Part shown: positions 16,938 to 26,390 of the stretch, piece by piece
How the letters are laid out: each line of letters starts with the position of its first letter
Position numbering within the stretch: the first letter of the stretch is position 1
DNA from: an uncultured Bacteroidales bacterium
GTDB taxonomy: Bacteria > Bacteroidota > Bacteroidia > Bacteroidales > F082
Direction of reading: 5' to 3'
DNA: 42,620 nucleotides
NCBI GenBank assembly: GCA_946610645.1
Contig: CAMOCK010000045.1
Location: 1 to 42,620, forward strand
Notes under the pieces: generated by a model
Told to the model about the DNA's origin: nothing
The model's input: the letters and a program-made list of their open reading frames with translations, nothing else
The model's database searches: none
Program-made: the position numbers and the translations under genes

Positions 16938-17945
16938 ATGAGCGAAAAACCCACCATCATCGTCATCACACCAGTGCGCAACGAGGCTTGGGTGCTTGAT
17001 GCATTCCTGACCTGCGCATCGTCGTGGGCGGATTACATTATCCTAGCCGACCATCACAGCGAGGACAACACGAGGGAAATAGCAAAGAAATACGAGAAAG
17101 TCATTCTGATTGACAATCCCACTTTCGAATGGTACGAATCGGAATGTCGCACCCGCTTGCTCGAGGAAGCCTGCAAGATTCCTGGTGACAAGGTCATTTT
17201 CGCACTCGACGCCGATGAGTTCCTTTCCGAAGGTTTCGAAAAGACGGAAAGCTGGCAAAGAATCATCAATTCCAAGAATAACGAGATCTTCTGCTTCAAT
17301 TGGTTGAACCTTTACGACAACTTCAAGACGGCAGAATACACCACCATGCACTTTGAGTGGGCCGCGCATTTTGATGCCTCGGTCGATGTTGTTGAGGAGT
17401 ATAGGAAGAGGGAAGCTCATGCGGTGCATTGTCAGCGTGTGCCTTGTTTGGAGACCGAACGATGCAAGTACACCAATGTGGATGATTTCTGGGTGGTGCA
17501 TCTGGCAAAATTGAACCACGAGAAGATTCGCCAAAAGAATGATTTCTATCAGGTTACTTGGGTGGACAAGAACAAGGAGAAAGCGAATCCGATAAACATG
17601 TATCGTGGCTATTCCAAGTATTATCCTGACAGATTGGTACATCTTGACGAACCTGTGAAATTGTGTTGCATGGGCGATAAAAAGGATTATGCCATTTTGG
17701 TGCAGACTGCCGACTACGGCAAGCATTATGTTGATGAAATGGTGCGGGTGTTTCAGAGAGAGGGAACAGACAAGTTCGCCAAACTCTGCATTTGGGACAA
17801 TCCTTATCTGAAAGCCGCTAGTATCAACCCCAAGCTGCCGTTGCGCATTAGGTTGCTACATTGGTATTTGCGGAAAACACAAAGTCACTCTTCTGCAAAG
17901 GTTATCAAGGGGATTGATAAAATAATTAAATTGTTGGTTTTATGA
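16938..17945 (+). CDS. GT-A fold (GT2-like) glycosyltransferase
   Basis: ATG at 16938 inside ORF 16872..17945, giving 335 aa. IIVITPVRNEAWVLDAFL...ILADHHSEDNT, ALDADEF (DxD). Confidence 0.7.
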   Translation: MSEKPTIIVITPVRNEAWVLDAFLTCASSWADYIILADHHSEDNTREIAKKYEKVILIDNPTFEWYESECRTRLLEEACKIPGDKVIFALDADEFLSEGFEKTESWQRIINSKNNEIFCFNWLNLYDNFKTAEYTTMHFEWAAHFDASVDVVEEYRKREAHAVHCQRVPCLETERCKYTNVDDFWVVHLAKLNHEKIRQKNDFYQVTWVDKNKEKANPINMYRGYSKYYPDRLVHLDEPVKLCCMGDKKDYAILVQTADYGKHYVDEMVRVFQREGTDKFAKLCIWDNPYLKAASINPKLPLRIRLLHWYLRKTQSHSSAKVIKGIDKIIKLLVL

Positions 17946-18841
17946 GCATAGAAGAACAAAAAGCCGTTTTGGAAAATGCCATGTCCCAGATGATTGAAGG
18001 GGATTATGTGTACTTGGATGTCCCTGGGTATTTTAATATTGGGGACCAGCTGATTTTTAATGGTGCCATGGCGATTCTTGACAAGGCAATCCCTTACAAA
18101 TGTGTATATCGTAGCATTGTTGAAAATGTTAGGGAGGATAGGATTCCGAAAAAAGTTAATATTATTTTACAGGGGGGGGGGAATTGGGGAGACGGTTATT
18201 ATACACGATTCAGGAACAAAATAATTTCTACTTTTCCTGACAACAAAATAATAATCATGCCGCAGACAATTCGCTATTTTGTATCAGATATAGAGAAAGA
18301 TGCCAAATTATATGCTTCACATCCTAATCTGCATCTATGTGCAAGAGATAATGCGTCTTATGACTTGCTAAAAAAGCATTTCTCTGCAAACCATATTTAT
18401 TTATTGCCGGATTCGGCAGTGGGATTATGGGATAGTTTGCCCAAATGGACCAAAGGTACGCAAAACAAATCTTTGTTTTTGAAAAGATTGGATGGAGAGG
18501 CAGCCATAGAGAAATGGGAGGTAAACAATGCCGATGTAAAAGATTGGGATTCGATTTTAGAAGATCTAAACTTTTCAAAAGTTCTGTTTCCTTATATGGG
18601 GATAAGAAGAATTAAGAAAGCCACGCGCGGTATGATGTTGAAAGATATGGCCAACCGTTATTTTCTTAATGTAATAGAGACTTTTTTAATGAAGCAAGTC
18701 CCGCAGTATTTTCTAAAGTATGACAAGTTATATACGACTCGTCTTCATGGCTTGATTCTGGCAAAGTTGTTGGAAATGCCAGTTGAGTATCAAGATACGC
18801 GATATGGTAAAATATCTGGGTATTGTGAAACTTGGTTTTAA
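17942..18841 (+). CDS. Polysaccharide pyruvyl transferase family protein (CsaB/WcaK-like)
   Basis: 299 aa. GYFNIGDQLI, QGGGNWGD and TTRLHGLILA motifs characteristic of PS_pyruv_trans. Confidence 0.8.
   Translation: MSIEEQKAVLENAMSQMIEGDYVYLDVPGYFNIGDQLIFNGAMAILDKAIPYKCVYRSIVENVREDRIPKKVNIILQGGGNWGDGYYTRFRNKIISTFPDNKIIIMPQTIRYFVSDIEKDAKLYASHPNLHLCARDNASYDLLKKHFSANHIYLLPDSAVGLWDSLPKWTKGTQNKSLFLKRLDGEAAIEKWEVNNADVKDWDSILEDLNFSKVLFPYMGIRRIKKATRGMMLKDMANRYFLNVIETFLMKQVPQYFLKYDKLYTTRLHGLILAKLLEMPVEYQDTRYGKISGYCETWF
18172..18181 (+). repeat. G10 homopolymer inside the pyruvyl transferase CDS (codons caG GGG GGG GGG, the conserved GGG of QGGGNWGD)
   Basis: Counted directly. The frame was verified from the start at 17942. 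Confidence 0.95.
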
Positions 18842-18848
18842 GTGATAT

Positions 18849-19799
18849 ATGCTTTTCTCCGTCATCATACCGCTTTACAACAAGGCACCTTATGTGGCCA
18901 AGGCCATCGAGAGCGTGCTTGCGCAGACGTTCAATGACTTTGAGTTAGTCATTGTTGATGACGGCAGCAAGGACAATTCTGCCGAAATTGCTGCTCAAGC
19001 CATCGAAGGTCATGACCATTGCCGCCTGATTCGGCAAGAAAACGCAGGCGTTTCGATGGCCCGCAACAACGGCGTGGCATCGTCGCAGGGCGAATACCTA
19101 TGCTTCCTCGACGCCGACGACTGGTGGGAACCTGCGTTTTTGGAGGAGACGGCAAAGCTGATTGCGGAATTTCCGGAAGCGGGCATCTATGGCACTAATT
19201 ACACAATAGTGAATGAAACCAAGCGCAAGACACGAGTGTCGCCCATTGGCGTGGAGCCGGGCTTCGTGAAAGGCTACATCAACTATTGCCAAGTGTATGC
19301 CAAGACTTTGGCCATGCCCTTGTGGACGGGTGCGGTGTGCATCCCGCGCGGTGTTTTCGAGGAAGTGGACGGATTCAACCCTCGACTGAAAATGGGCGAG
19401 GATTTCGACCTTTGGCTGCGCATCGCGATTCGCCACAAAGTGGCATTCCTGAACAATCCGTTGGCCTTCTACAACCAAGACGTGGACGTGCGACACAGGG
19501 CCATCGGCACCCTGCCGCCTCCCGAAACACAGTTTGCGTTTTGTGCTGATTATCTGAGCGATGACATAAAACGCGATCCTGATTTGAGACACATCGTGGA
19601 GTGCATACAGATTATTTGCCTGCGCAACTACTATTTGTCGAAAAACTATCACGACGAAGCCAAGTCGGTGCTTGGCAGCATAAACCTCGAACCTCATTTG
19701 GGAAAAAACTATGCCGACTATCTTGGCCGCCCGCGATGGATGAGCAGGCTGCTTGAGCGGGTCGCATACGGCGTTGAAAAACTGAAATATGGAAGATAA
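18849..19799 (+). CDS. Glycosyltransferase family 2
   Basis: 316 aa. FSVIIPLYNKAPYVAKAIESVLAQTFNDFELVIVDDGSKDNS, LDADDWW. Confidence 0.9.
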   Translation: MLFSVIIPLYNKAPYVAKAIESVLAQTFNDFELVIVDDGSKDNSAEIAAQAIEGHDHCRLIRQENAGVSMARNNGVASSQGEYLCFLDADDWWEPAFLEETAKLIAEFPEAGIYGTNYTIVNETKRKTRVSPIGVEPGFVKGYINYCQVYAKTLAMPLWTGAVCIPRGVFEEVDGFNPRLKMGEDFDLWLRIAIRHKVAFLNNPLAFYNQDVDVRHRAIGTLPPPETQFAFCADYLSDDIKRDPDLRHIVECIQIICLRNYYLSKNYHDEAKSVLGSINLEPHLGKNYADYLGRPRWMSRLLERVAYGVEKLKYGR

Positions 19800-20895
19800 G
19801 GTTGTTTTGCAAGTGATGGGCATGGATTCCTCCAAGTATGGGGGCATCGAGCGCTTCAATGTGGAATTGGCGAAAAATCTTCGCGCAAAGGGTTTCAAGG
19901 GCGTGTTCGTCTATGAGGAAGAACCGGCCAACCATGTTTTCGTCGATGACCTTGAAGCCGCCGGAGGCGAAATCGTCATCCTGAATTCAAGGAAAAGCAA
20001 GTTGCGGTTTTGCAAAGGTTTTGTGAAGCTCATGAAACAGTATCGTCCGGTTTTGGTCCATGCGCATTTCACCAAAGCAAGGTTTTATGCCATCCCGATT
20101 GCTTATTTCATGGGAGTCAGGAAGTTGTTCGTCACCATTCATAGCACGATGGTGCCCAAGCGCGAAATCAAGCCGCACACACGGTTGTGGTGCTGGTGGG
20201 CCAACAAGGTCTCGAAAGTGGTCGCGGTGAGCGAGAACATTCGCACGGTTTACAAAGAGAACTGGCCAGATGCCGAAGTGAAAAGGATTTATTTAGGGGT
20301 GGAGCGGATTGAAGGCGACAGGGGTGAAAGCCGGGAAAAGTTGGGCATCGGCAACGGACAAACGATGCTCTTGACAGTTTCCAACTTCAACCGCATCAAG
20401 GGGCTGGACGTGTTGTCCAAGGCGGTTAAGATACTGAAGGACAGTGGAATGATGCATGATGCCTGTCTGTATATTGTTGGTCAGCCGGAGGCCGACAAGG
20501 CGGAGTTGACCACGTTGGTTGGCGAATTGGGCATCGACGAATGCGTGAAAATGGAAGGGATTTCCAACGAGGTTCCTACCTACCTTATGGCGGCTGACAT
20601 CTATGTCCAGCCGTCAAGGAGTGAGGGAATAGGTTTGGCCTTGATGGAGGCTGCTTCGGCTTCGTTGCCCTTGGTTGGGACGAGGGTCGGAGGCATTCCC
20701 GAAATCGTGCGCGACGGCGAAAACGGCCTTTTGGTGGAGTCGGAAAACGCGGAGCAACTGGCCGAGGCCATAGCGAAGCTGATGCGCGACGAGGCAATGA
20801 GAAAGCACTTTGCGAGCAACAGTTTGAAGGTTTACAAGGAGGATTTTTCGGTCAGTGGCGGTGTGAGCCAAACGATTGATTATTACGGGATTTGA
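19789..20895 (+). CDS. Glycosyltransferase family 4 (GT-B, RfaG-like)
   Basis: 368 aa. SRSEGIGLALMEAASASLPLVGTRVGGIPEIVRDGENGLLV (EX7E region). Confidence 0.9.
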   Translation: MEDKVVLQVMGMDSSKYGGIERFNVELAKNLRAKGFKGVFVYEEEPANHVFVDDLEAAGGEIVILNSRKSKLRFCKGFVKLMKQYRPVLVHAHFTKARFYAIPIAYFMGVRKLFVTIHSTMVPKREIKPHTRLWCWWANKVSKVVAVSENIRTVYKENWPDAEVKRIYLGVERIEGDRGESREKLGIGNGQTMLLTVSNFNRIKGLDVLSKAVKILKDSGMMHDACLYIVGQPEADKAELTTLVGELGIDECVKMEGISNEVPTYLMAADIYVQPSRSEGIGLALMEAASASLPLVGTRVGGIPEIVRDGENGLLVESENAEQLAEAIAKLMRDEAMRKHFASNSLKVYKEDFSVSGGVSQTIDYYGI

Positions 20896-20906
20896 ACGCG
20901 AATGAC

Positions 20907-21626
20907 ATGATACCCAAAACAATTCATTACTGCTGGTTTGGACGAGGCGAAATGCCTGAGATGGCTAAGAATTGCATTGCCTCGTGGCACAAGTATATGC
21001 CCGATTGGGAATACAAGCTTTGGAACGAGGACAATTTCGACGTGAACCAAACTCACTACACCAAAGAGGCATACGAAGCCAAGAAATTCGCCTTCGTGAG
21101 CGACTATGTTAGGCTTTGGGCATTGCACAATGAAGGAGGCTTGTACTTAGATACGGATGTTGAGGTGTTTAAGGCTTTTGACGATTTGCTTGGAAATCAT
21201 GCTTTTGCAGGATTCGAGGGAAGCAAGCATGTTCCCGTCGGGACTTGCGTGATGGCAAGTGTGGCCAACGGCGAGTGGGTGAAAGAACAGCTCGGTCATT
21301 ATCAAGGCAGGCATTTCGTCCTTCCCGACGGCTCGTTTGACATGACCACCAACGTGCAGTTCATCACCGCCAAGATGCGAGAAAACGGTTTCGTCCAAGA
21401 CGGCAAGGAGCAAAACTACAAAGACTTGCATGTTTTCCCAACCGACTATTTTTGTCCGCGCCAAACCACGGGCGAATATTTCCGTACAGAAAACACTTAT
21501 TGCGACCATCTTGGTATGGGTTCGTGGGCTGAACAGAGCAACGGGTGGAAAACCAAGATTGCCAGTTTTGTCGGGAAGAAGAACATGGCACGTCTGATAA
21601 AGTTGAAAAGAAAACTAATTGGTTAA
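20907..21626 (+). CDS. Glycosyltransferase family 32 (Och1/Caps_synth-like, DXD)
   Basis: ATG at 20907; the ORF track begins at a TTG at 20892. MIPKTIHYCWFG...SW.KYMPDWEYKLWNE...FVSDYVRLWAL...GGLYLDTDVE. Confidence 0.8.
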   Translation: MIPKTIHYCWFGRGEMPEMAKNCIASWHKYMPDWEYKLWNEDNFDVNQTHYTKEAYEAKKFAFVSDYVRLWALHNEGGLYLDTDVEVFKAFDDLLGNHAFAGFEGSKHVPVGTCVMASVANGEWVKEQLGHYQGRHFVLPDGSFDMTTNVQFITAKMRENGFVQDGKEQNYKDLHVFPTDYFCPRQTTGEYFRTENTYCDHLGMGSWAEQSNGWKTKIASFVGKKNMARLIKLKRKLIG

Positions 21627-21636
21627 GTCCGATACG

Positions 21637-23031
21637 ATGCTTACTTATTTCCCAAATATGGTTTCACGCAAGGCGATGACATTTTATTTCATCACCTTGG
21701 CCGCTTCATCAATCGTGTTTCTCCAATATGTGTTGCCGGTTGGGATGATGTTGTTTGGCATAGTGGAGGTTTGTGCCTTCTTCTATTTCAGTACAGAACT
21801 CACGCGACGTTGGCGATTATTGTCGCCCAAAACGTTTGTCAAAAAAATGTTCTGGACCGCACTGGTTGTCAGGTTGGTTTATATGGTGTTTGTATATTAT
21901 TACTATGAAGCCATGACCGGACGTCCTTTCATGTTTCACTCAGCCGATGAGTTTGTTTATTACAACACCAGCAAGATTTGGCACGATCAGGGTTTTGATG
22001 CCATTATGAGGGCCCTGGAAGACAGTCTTGACGACAGTGGCGAGATTTTTTTCACGGCTTTTCTCTGTCGCATTTTCGGCACTTATATTCTTACGGCACG
22101 CATCGGCCATAGTGTGGTGAGTGCTTTGACTTGCGTGCTCATTTATCGGTTGGGGAAGCGTCATTTTGGCGAGAGTACCGGGCGGATGGCAGCTATCTTC
22201 TGTATGCTGATGCCCAACTTGATCTATTATTGTGGCCTTCATTTGAAAGAGGCCGATATGGTTTTCGTTACGGTCCTTTTCGTGGAAGCCGCTGATTTGC
22301 CTCTCTCCAAACGCAAGTGGGATTGGAAGCTTATACTGCTTGTCTTGGCATCGGGGTTTTCTATGTTCACATTCCGATCAGTGCTTGGCGCTGTGGGTCT
22401 GCTCGCACTTGGTGTGGCATTGGCATTCAACAAAGGATATATCGTCTCGTGGTGGAAACGTATCGCTTTGGCGACAGGGGTTGTTGTCGTGTTGGCCACC
22501 ACTTCCGTCGGGATGAGGATAATGAGTGAAATTGACACGGCGTGGTCGAGAAGGGAATCCAACCAAGCCCAGGGCATGGAATCGAGGTCGCACCGAGGCA
22601 ATAGTTTTGCGGAATACGGTACCGCGGCCGTGTTCGCCCCATTGGTTTTCACCATTCCGTTTCCCACTATGGTCAATACTGAAGGCCATGAGAACCAGCA
22701 GATGCTGCATGGAGGCAATTTTGTAAAAAATGTCATGTCGGGTTTCACGATTTTCGCTTTGGCTCTTCTTCTTCTGAGTGGAGAATGGCGGAAACACACT
22801 CTCCCTATGGCGATGATGGTGGGTTATTTGGCGGTCATCGCTTCAAGTAATTTTGCCCACTCCGAGCGTTTCCCCCAGCCGGCATTGCCATTCGAGCTGC
22901 TTTTTGCTGCTTTTGGCATCTCCCAAATGAAGGCCAAGCACGCCAAATGGTTTGAATATTGGCTTGTTTTTTTGCTTGTGGCCGATGTGGCATGGGCTTG
23001 GGTCAAGTTGGCAGGCAGGGGACTCATATAG
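21637..23031 (+). CDS. Polytopic membrane protein, GT-C/PMT_2 (ArnT-like) candidate; tandem paralog A
   Basis: ATG at 21637, giving 464 aa. First-loop acidic motif FMFHSADEFVYY, then ARIGHSVVSALTCVLIYRLGKRHFG, and many TM spans. Confidence 0.6.
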   Translation: MLTYFPNMVSRKAMTFYFITLAASSIVFLQYVLPVGMMLFGIVEVCAFFYFSTELTRRWRLLSPKTFVKKMFWTALVVRLVYMVFVYYYYEAMTGRPFMFHSADEFVYYNTSKIWHDQGFDAIMRALEDSLDDSGEIFFTAFLCRIFGTYILTARIGHSVVSALTCVLIYRLGKRHFGESTGRMAAIFCMLMPNLIYYCGLHLKEADMVFVTVLFVEAADLPLSKRKWDWKLILLVLASGFSMFTFRSVLGAVGLLALGVALAFNKGYIVSWWKRIALATGVVVVLATTSVGMRIMSEIDTAWSRRESNQAQGMESRSHRGNSFAEYGTAAVFAPLVFTIPFPTMVNTEGHENQQMLHGGNFVKNVMSGFTIFALALLLLSGEWRKHTLPMAMMVGYLAVIASSNFAHSERFPQPALPFELLFAAFGISQMKAKHAKWFEYWLVFLLVADVAWAWVKLAGRGLI

Positions 23032-23053
23032 TTTTCAAAAAGACAAAAGAACA

Positions 23054-24457
23054 ATGGTTTCCATTTTCCCAGATAAGATTTCCCGTAAGGCTATGACGAC
23101 ATATTTCATAGCACTGGTATCGGTTTCTGTAGTTTTCATAAGTCACATTATGCCGTTTTACATGATGCTGTTCGGCATCGTGGGAGTATGCGCGTTTTTC
23201 TATTTCAGTACGAATCTCACCAAGCAATGGGTGACCCTACATCCCAAAGTGTTTGTGAAGAAACTTTTTTGGACAGCTTTGGTTGTCAGATTGGTATATG
23301 TTGTTTTCGTGTATTTCTTCTATGACGCCATGACAGGGCGGCCTTTCATGTTCTTTTCAGCCGACGAATTCGTTTACTTTAATTCGAGCAAGCTGTGGGC
23401 AGAGTCGGGGTTTGAAACGTTCATGGATTCATTACGTTTTTTTGGAATCGACGACACGGGGGAAATCTTCTTTACAGGATTGCTGTGCAAGGTTTTTGGC
23501 CCCTACATCCTTACGGCGCGTATCGGCCATGGCGTCATGAGTGCTTTGACATGCGTGATGATATATCGGATCGGGAAGCGACATTTCGGTGAGAGCACAG
23601 GACGCATGGCAGCCATTTTTTGCATGTTGATGCCCAATTTGATTTATTACTGCGGTCTTCATCTGAAAGAAGCGGATATGGTTTTTGTAACGGTATGGTT
23701 CGTGGATAGTGTGGATATGGTTGTCAGCGACCACAAGGCGGATTTCAAGCATATATTTTTCGCTTTGTTCTCTTGTTTTGCCATGTTCACTTTTAGGACT
23801 GTGCTGGGAGCGGTAGGTGTCGTTTCGATAGGTATTGCCGTTGCTTTCCACAAAGGGAAAATTGGATCATGGTGGAAGCGAATCTTGTTGATAGTTCTGG
23901 TGGCGACAGCTTTGGCTACCACTTCTATAGGGATGAGGATCATGGGCGAAGTGGATACCGCATGGTCGAGGAGGGAGAGCAATCAGGAAGTGGGCATGGC
24001 GGCACGTGCGCAAAGCATTGGCGGCAACTCCTTCGCAAAATATGCGACAGGTGCGGTTTTCGCACCTTTTATCTTCACCATACCCTTCCCAACGATGTAC
24101 AACATCGAGAGCCAGCAGAACCAACAAATGATTCATGGCGGCAATTTCGTGAAAAACGTCATGTCTGGATTCACCATCTTCGCACTGGTTCTCTTGCTGT
24201 TGAGTGGCGAGTGGCGCAAACACACACTGCCTATCGCCATGATGTGCGGCTATTTGGCGGTCATCGCATTCAGTAATTTCGCCCATTCCGAGCGGTTCCA
24301 CCAACCAGCCATTCCTTTTGAGTTGCTGTTTGCCGCCTTCGGCGTTTCGCAGTTGAAACAGAAGCATTTGAAATGGGTGGATTATTGGTTGGCCATCGTC
24401 TTTATGGCCTGCATTGCTTGGGGTTGGTTCAAACTGGCAGGAAGGGGTGCTATTTGA
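23054..24457 (+). CDS. Polytopic membrane protein, GT-C/PMT_2 (ArnT-like) candidate; tandem paralog B
   Basis: ATG at 23054, giving 467 aa. Collinear with paralog A, including a 41-aa identical run GKRHFGESTGRMAAIFCMLMPNLIYYCGLHLKEADMVFVTV that is encoded with many synonymous differences. Confidence 0.6.
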   Translation: MVSIFPDKISRKAMTTYFIALVSVSVVFISHIMPFYMMLFGIVGVCAFFYFSTNLTKQWVTLHPKVFVKKLFWTALVVRLVYVVFVYFFYDAMTGRPFMFFSADEFVYFNSSKLWAESGFETFMDSLRFFGIDDTGEIFFTGLLCKVFGPYILTARIGHGVMSALTCVMIYRIGKRHFGESTGRMAAIFCMLMPNLIYYCGLHLKEADMVFVTVWFVDSVDMVVSDHKADFKHIFFALFSCFAMFTFRTVLGAVGVVSIGIAVAFHKGKIGSWWKRILLIVLVATALATTSIGMRIMGEVDTAWSRRESNQEVGMAARAQSIGGNSFAKYATGAVFAPFIFTIPFPTMYNIESQQNQQMIHGGNFVKNVMSGFTIFALVLLLLSGEWRKHTLPIAMMCGYLAVIAFSNFAHSERFHQPAIPFELLFAAFGVSQLKQKHLKWVDYWLAIVFMACIAWGWFKLAGRGAI

Positions 24458-25389
24458 TGAAAACACTTGTCGTTTGCAGTTTCAAGGAGCGTTGCGATGG
24501 CAACATCGCCCCGTTTGTAAAGGAGCAAATGGAAGCCTTGCGGTCGGCAGGTGTGGAGTGCGAAAGTTTTTTGGTCAAAGGGAAGGGCATGAAAGGCTAT
24601 CTGAAGCAGGTCAAACCGCTGAAAGCCAAAATAAAAGGCTCCAATCCTGATGTCATCCATGCGCATTTCGGGTTGTGCGGCCTGTTGACCAACCTGCAGC
24701 GCAAGGTGCCGGTCGTGACCACCTACCACGGCTCCGACATCAACGACAAAAAGGCTTTTCCCTTCTCAAAGATGTCCATGCGGCTTTCGGCGTGGAACAT
24801 CTTCGTCTCGCGAAAGACGATGGGAATCGCAAAATCCAAGAAAAAATGCACTCTTTTGCCTTGTGGTATTGATTTCTCAGACTTGCAACTGACTGAAAAA
24901 CATGGGGTAAGACAAAGAATGAACTTGGCCGAAAGCAAGCGTTATGTTCTATTTGCTGGAGCGTTCGACAATGCAGTGAAAAACGCTCCCCTTGCCAAGA
25001 AAACAGTTTCATTTTTGCAAGATGAAAATGTAGAATTACTTGAATTGAAAGGCTATACGCGCGATGAAGTGACTTTGCTGATGTGTGCCGCCGATGCCCT
25101 GTTGATGACCTCGTTCACCGAAGGCTCGCCGCAAGTGGTCAAGGAAGCCTTGGCCTGCGGATGCCCTATCGTAAGCGTGGATGTGGGTGACGTGAAGGAA
25201 CGAACAGATGGCGTTGGAGGTTGCTATGTGGCCAAAACACGCGAACCGATAGAATTGGCAGGCCTGCTTCGGAAGGCCTTGGCTTTTGAGGGCAAGACGA
25301 AAGGCCGGGAAAAACTTCTCACCGATGGCTTGGATAATAGGCAAGTGGCGGAGAGTTTGGTTGGAATTTATAAAACTGTTTTGAAATGA
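24457..25389 (+). CDS. Glycosyltransferase family 4/1 (GT-B)
   Basis: ATG at 24457 (TGATG junction), giving 310 aa. MTSFTEGSPQVVKEALACGCPIVSVDVGDV. Confidence 0.8.
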   Translation: MKTLVVCSFKERCDGNIAPFVKEQMEALRSAGVECESFLVKGKGMKGYLKQVKPLKAKIKGSNPDVIHAHFGLCGLLTNLQRKVPVVTTYHGSDINDKKAFPFSKMSMRLSAWNIFVSRKTMGIAKSKKKCTLLPCGIDFSDLQLTEKHGVRQRMNLAESKRYVLFAGAFDNAVKNAPLAKKTVSFLQDENVELLELKGYTRDEVTLLMCAADALLMTSFTEGSPQVVKEALACGCPIVSVDVGDVKERTDGVGGCYVAKTREPIELAGLLRKALAFEGKTKGREKLLTDGLDNRQVAESLVGIYKTVLK

Positions 25390-26390
25390 AAAGCTTGATA
25401 GAGATTCAAGATATTGACAAGTCCCAATGGGACGCTTTGATACAATCATCTCCTGTCGCCACGTGGTTCCAGACGCAGGAGGCTTTTGGATTTTTCGACA
25501 GCCTGTCTTTCATGGAGGCTTTTGTCGTGGTGGTCGAATCGGAGGGCAAGTTGAAAGGCTTGGTCGTTGGCTATGTGCAAAAGGACGGCGGCAGGCTGAA
25601 GCAGTTCCTCTCGCGGCGGGCCGTCATCCTCGGCGGGCCGTTGCTTGCCGACGACATCAGCGACGAGGAATTGGCGACCTTGCTCAATGCATTGAAAGAC
25701 AGATTGAAACGTAAGGCCATCTTCATCGAAACACGCAACTTCAACGACTACAGCCGCTGGCAGAGCGTGTTTGAAAGTTGTGGGTTTGCTTACGAACCAC
25801 ACTACAATGTGCAAATCGAAACGACGTCGACGGAGGCTGTCAATGGACGGCTCGATCGCAACCGCCGACGCAACATTAAGAAAGCGACGGAGAACGGCCT
25901 TGCCATCGACGAAAACCCGACGAAGGCTGATATGGCGAAATTCTATGCCATGCTCGACGGTTTGTTTCGCACCAAAGTGAAATCGCCGCTCTATCCTTAC
26001 GAGTTTTTCGAGAAATTGCGGGCATTGCCTTCGTCGCGTTTCTTCATGGCGAAAAATGCTGAGGGCGAGTTGCTTGGCGGCATTGTGTGCGTGGTCATGG
26101 AAGGCCGTGCGGTTTACGCATGGGCGGCTTGCGGCGACGACCAAAACCACCGCAGCCTGTCGCCTTCGGTCATGTCCAACTATGCGGGCATTTGCCATGC
26201 CGCCGAAAATGGCTATCCACGTTTCGACTTCATGGGCGCCGGCAAGCCCGACGACGGCGGCTATGGCGTGCGCGACTTCAAACTGAAGTTCGGCGGCGAG
26301 TTGGTCGAACACGGGCGTTTCATCCATGTTTGCAACCCTGTCTTGTTCAGCCTCGGCAAGTTAGGCGTAAAGATAATGAAAAAGCTATGA
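25386..26390 (+). CDS. FemAB-like / Acetyltransf_6 (GNAT-superfamily) protein, copy 1
   Basis: 334 aa. The size, the W...L........F.T..W N-terminus and the C-terminal YDFMGAG......G...FK.KFGGE pattern are typical of FemX/FemAB-like peptidyl or aminoacyl transferases found in glycan loci. Confidence 0.6.
   Translation: MKSLIEIQDIDKSQWDALIQSSPVATWFQTQEAFGFFDSLSFMEAFVVVVESEGKLKGLVVGYVQKDGGRLKQFLSRRAVILGGPLLADDISDEELATLLNALKDRLKRKAIFIETRNFNDYSRWQSVFESCGFAYEPHYNVQIETTSTEAVNGRLDRNRRRNIKKATENGLAIDENPTKADMAKFYAMLDGLFRTKVKSPLYPYEFFEKLRALPSSRFFMAKNAEGELLGGIVCVVMEGRAVYAWAACGDDQNHRSLSPSVMSNYAGICHAAENGYPRFDFMGAGKPDDGGYGVRDFKLKFGGELVEHGRFIHVCNPVLFSLGKLGVKIMKKL

Noticed and set aside
14693-16981. 762-aa minus-strand ORF, the longest reverse ORF in the window
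   Set aside because: It lies antisense to three well-supported plus-strand genes (the ATPase/nuclease, a GT2 and the start of the GT2-like gene). Its composition is dominated by V/A/G/D/H/L/R with no recognisable motifs, which is typical of a shadow ORF in GC-rich coding DNA.
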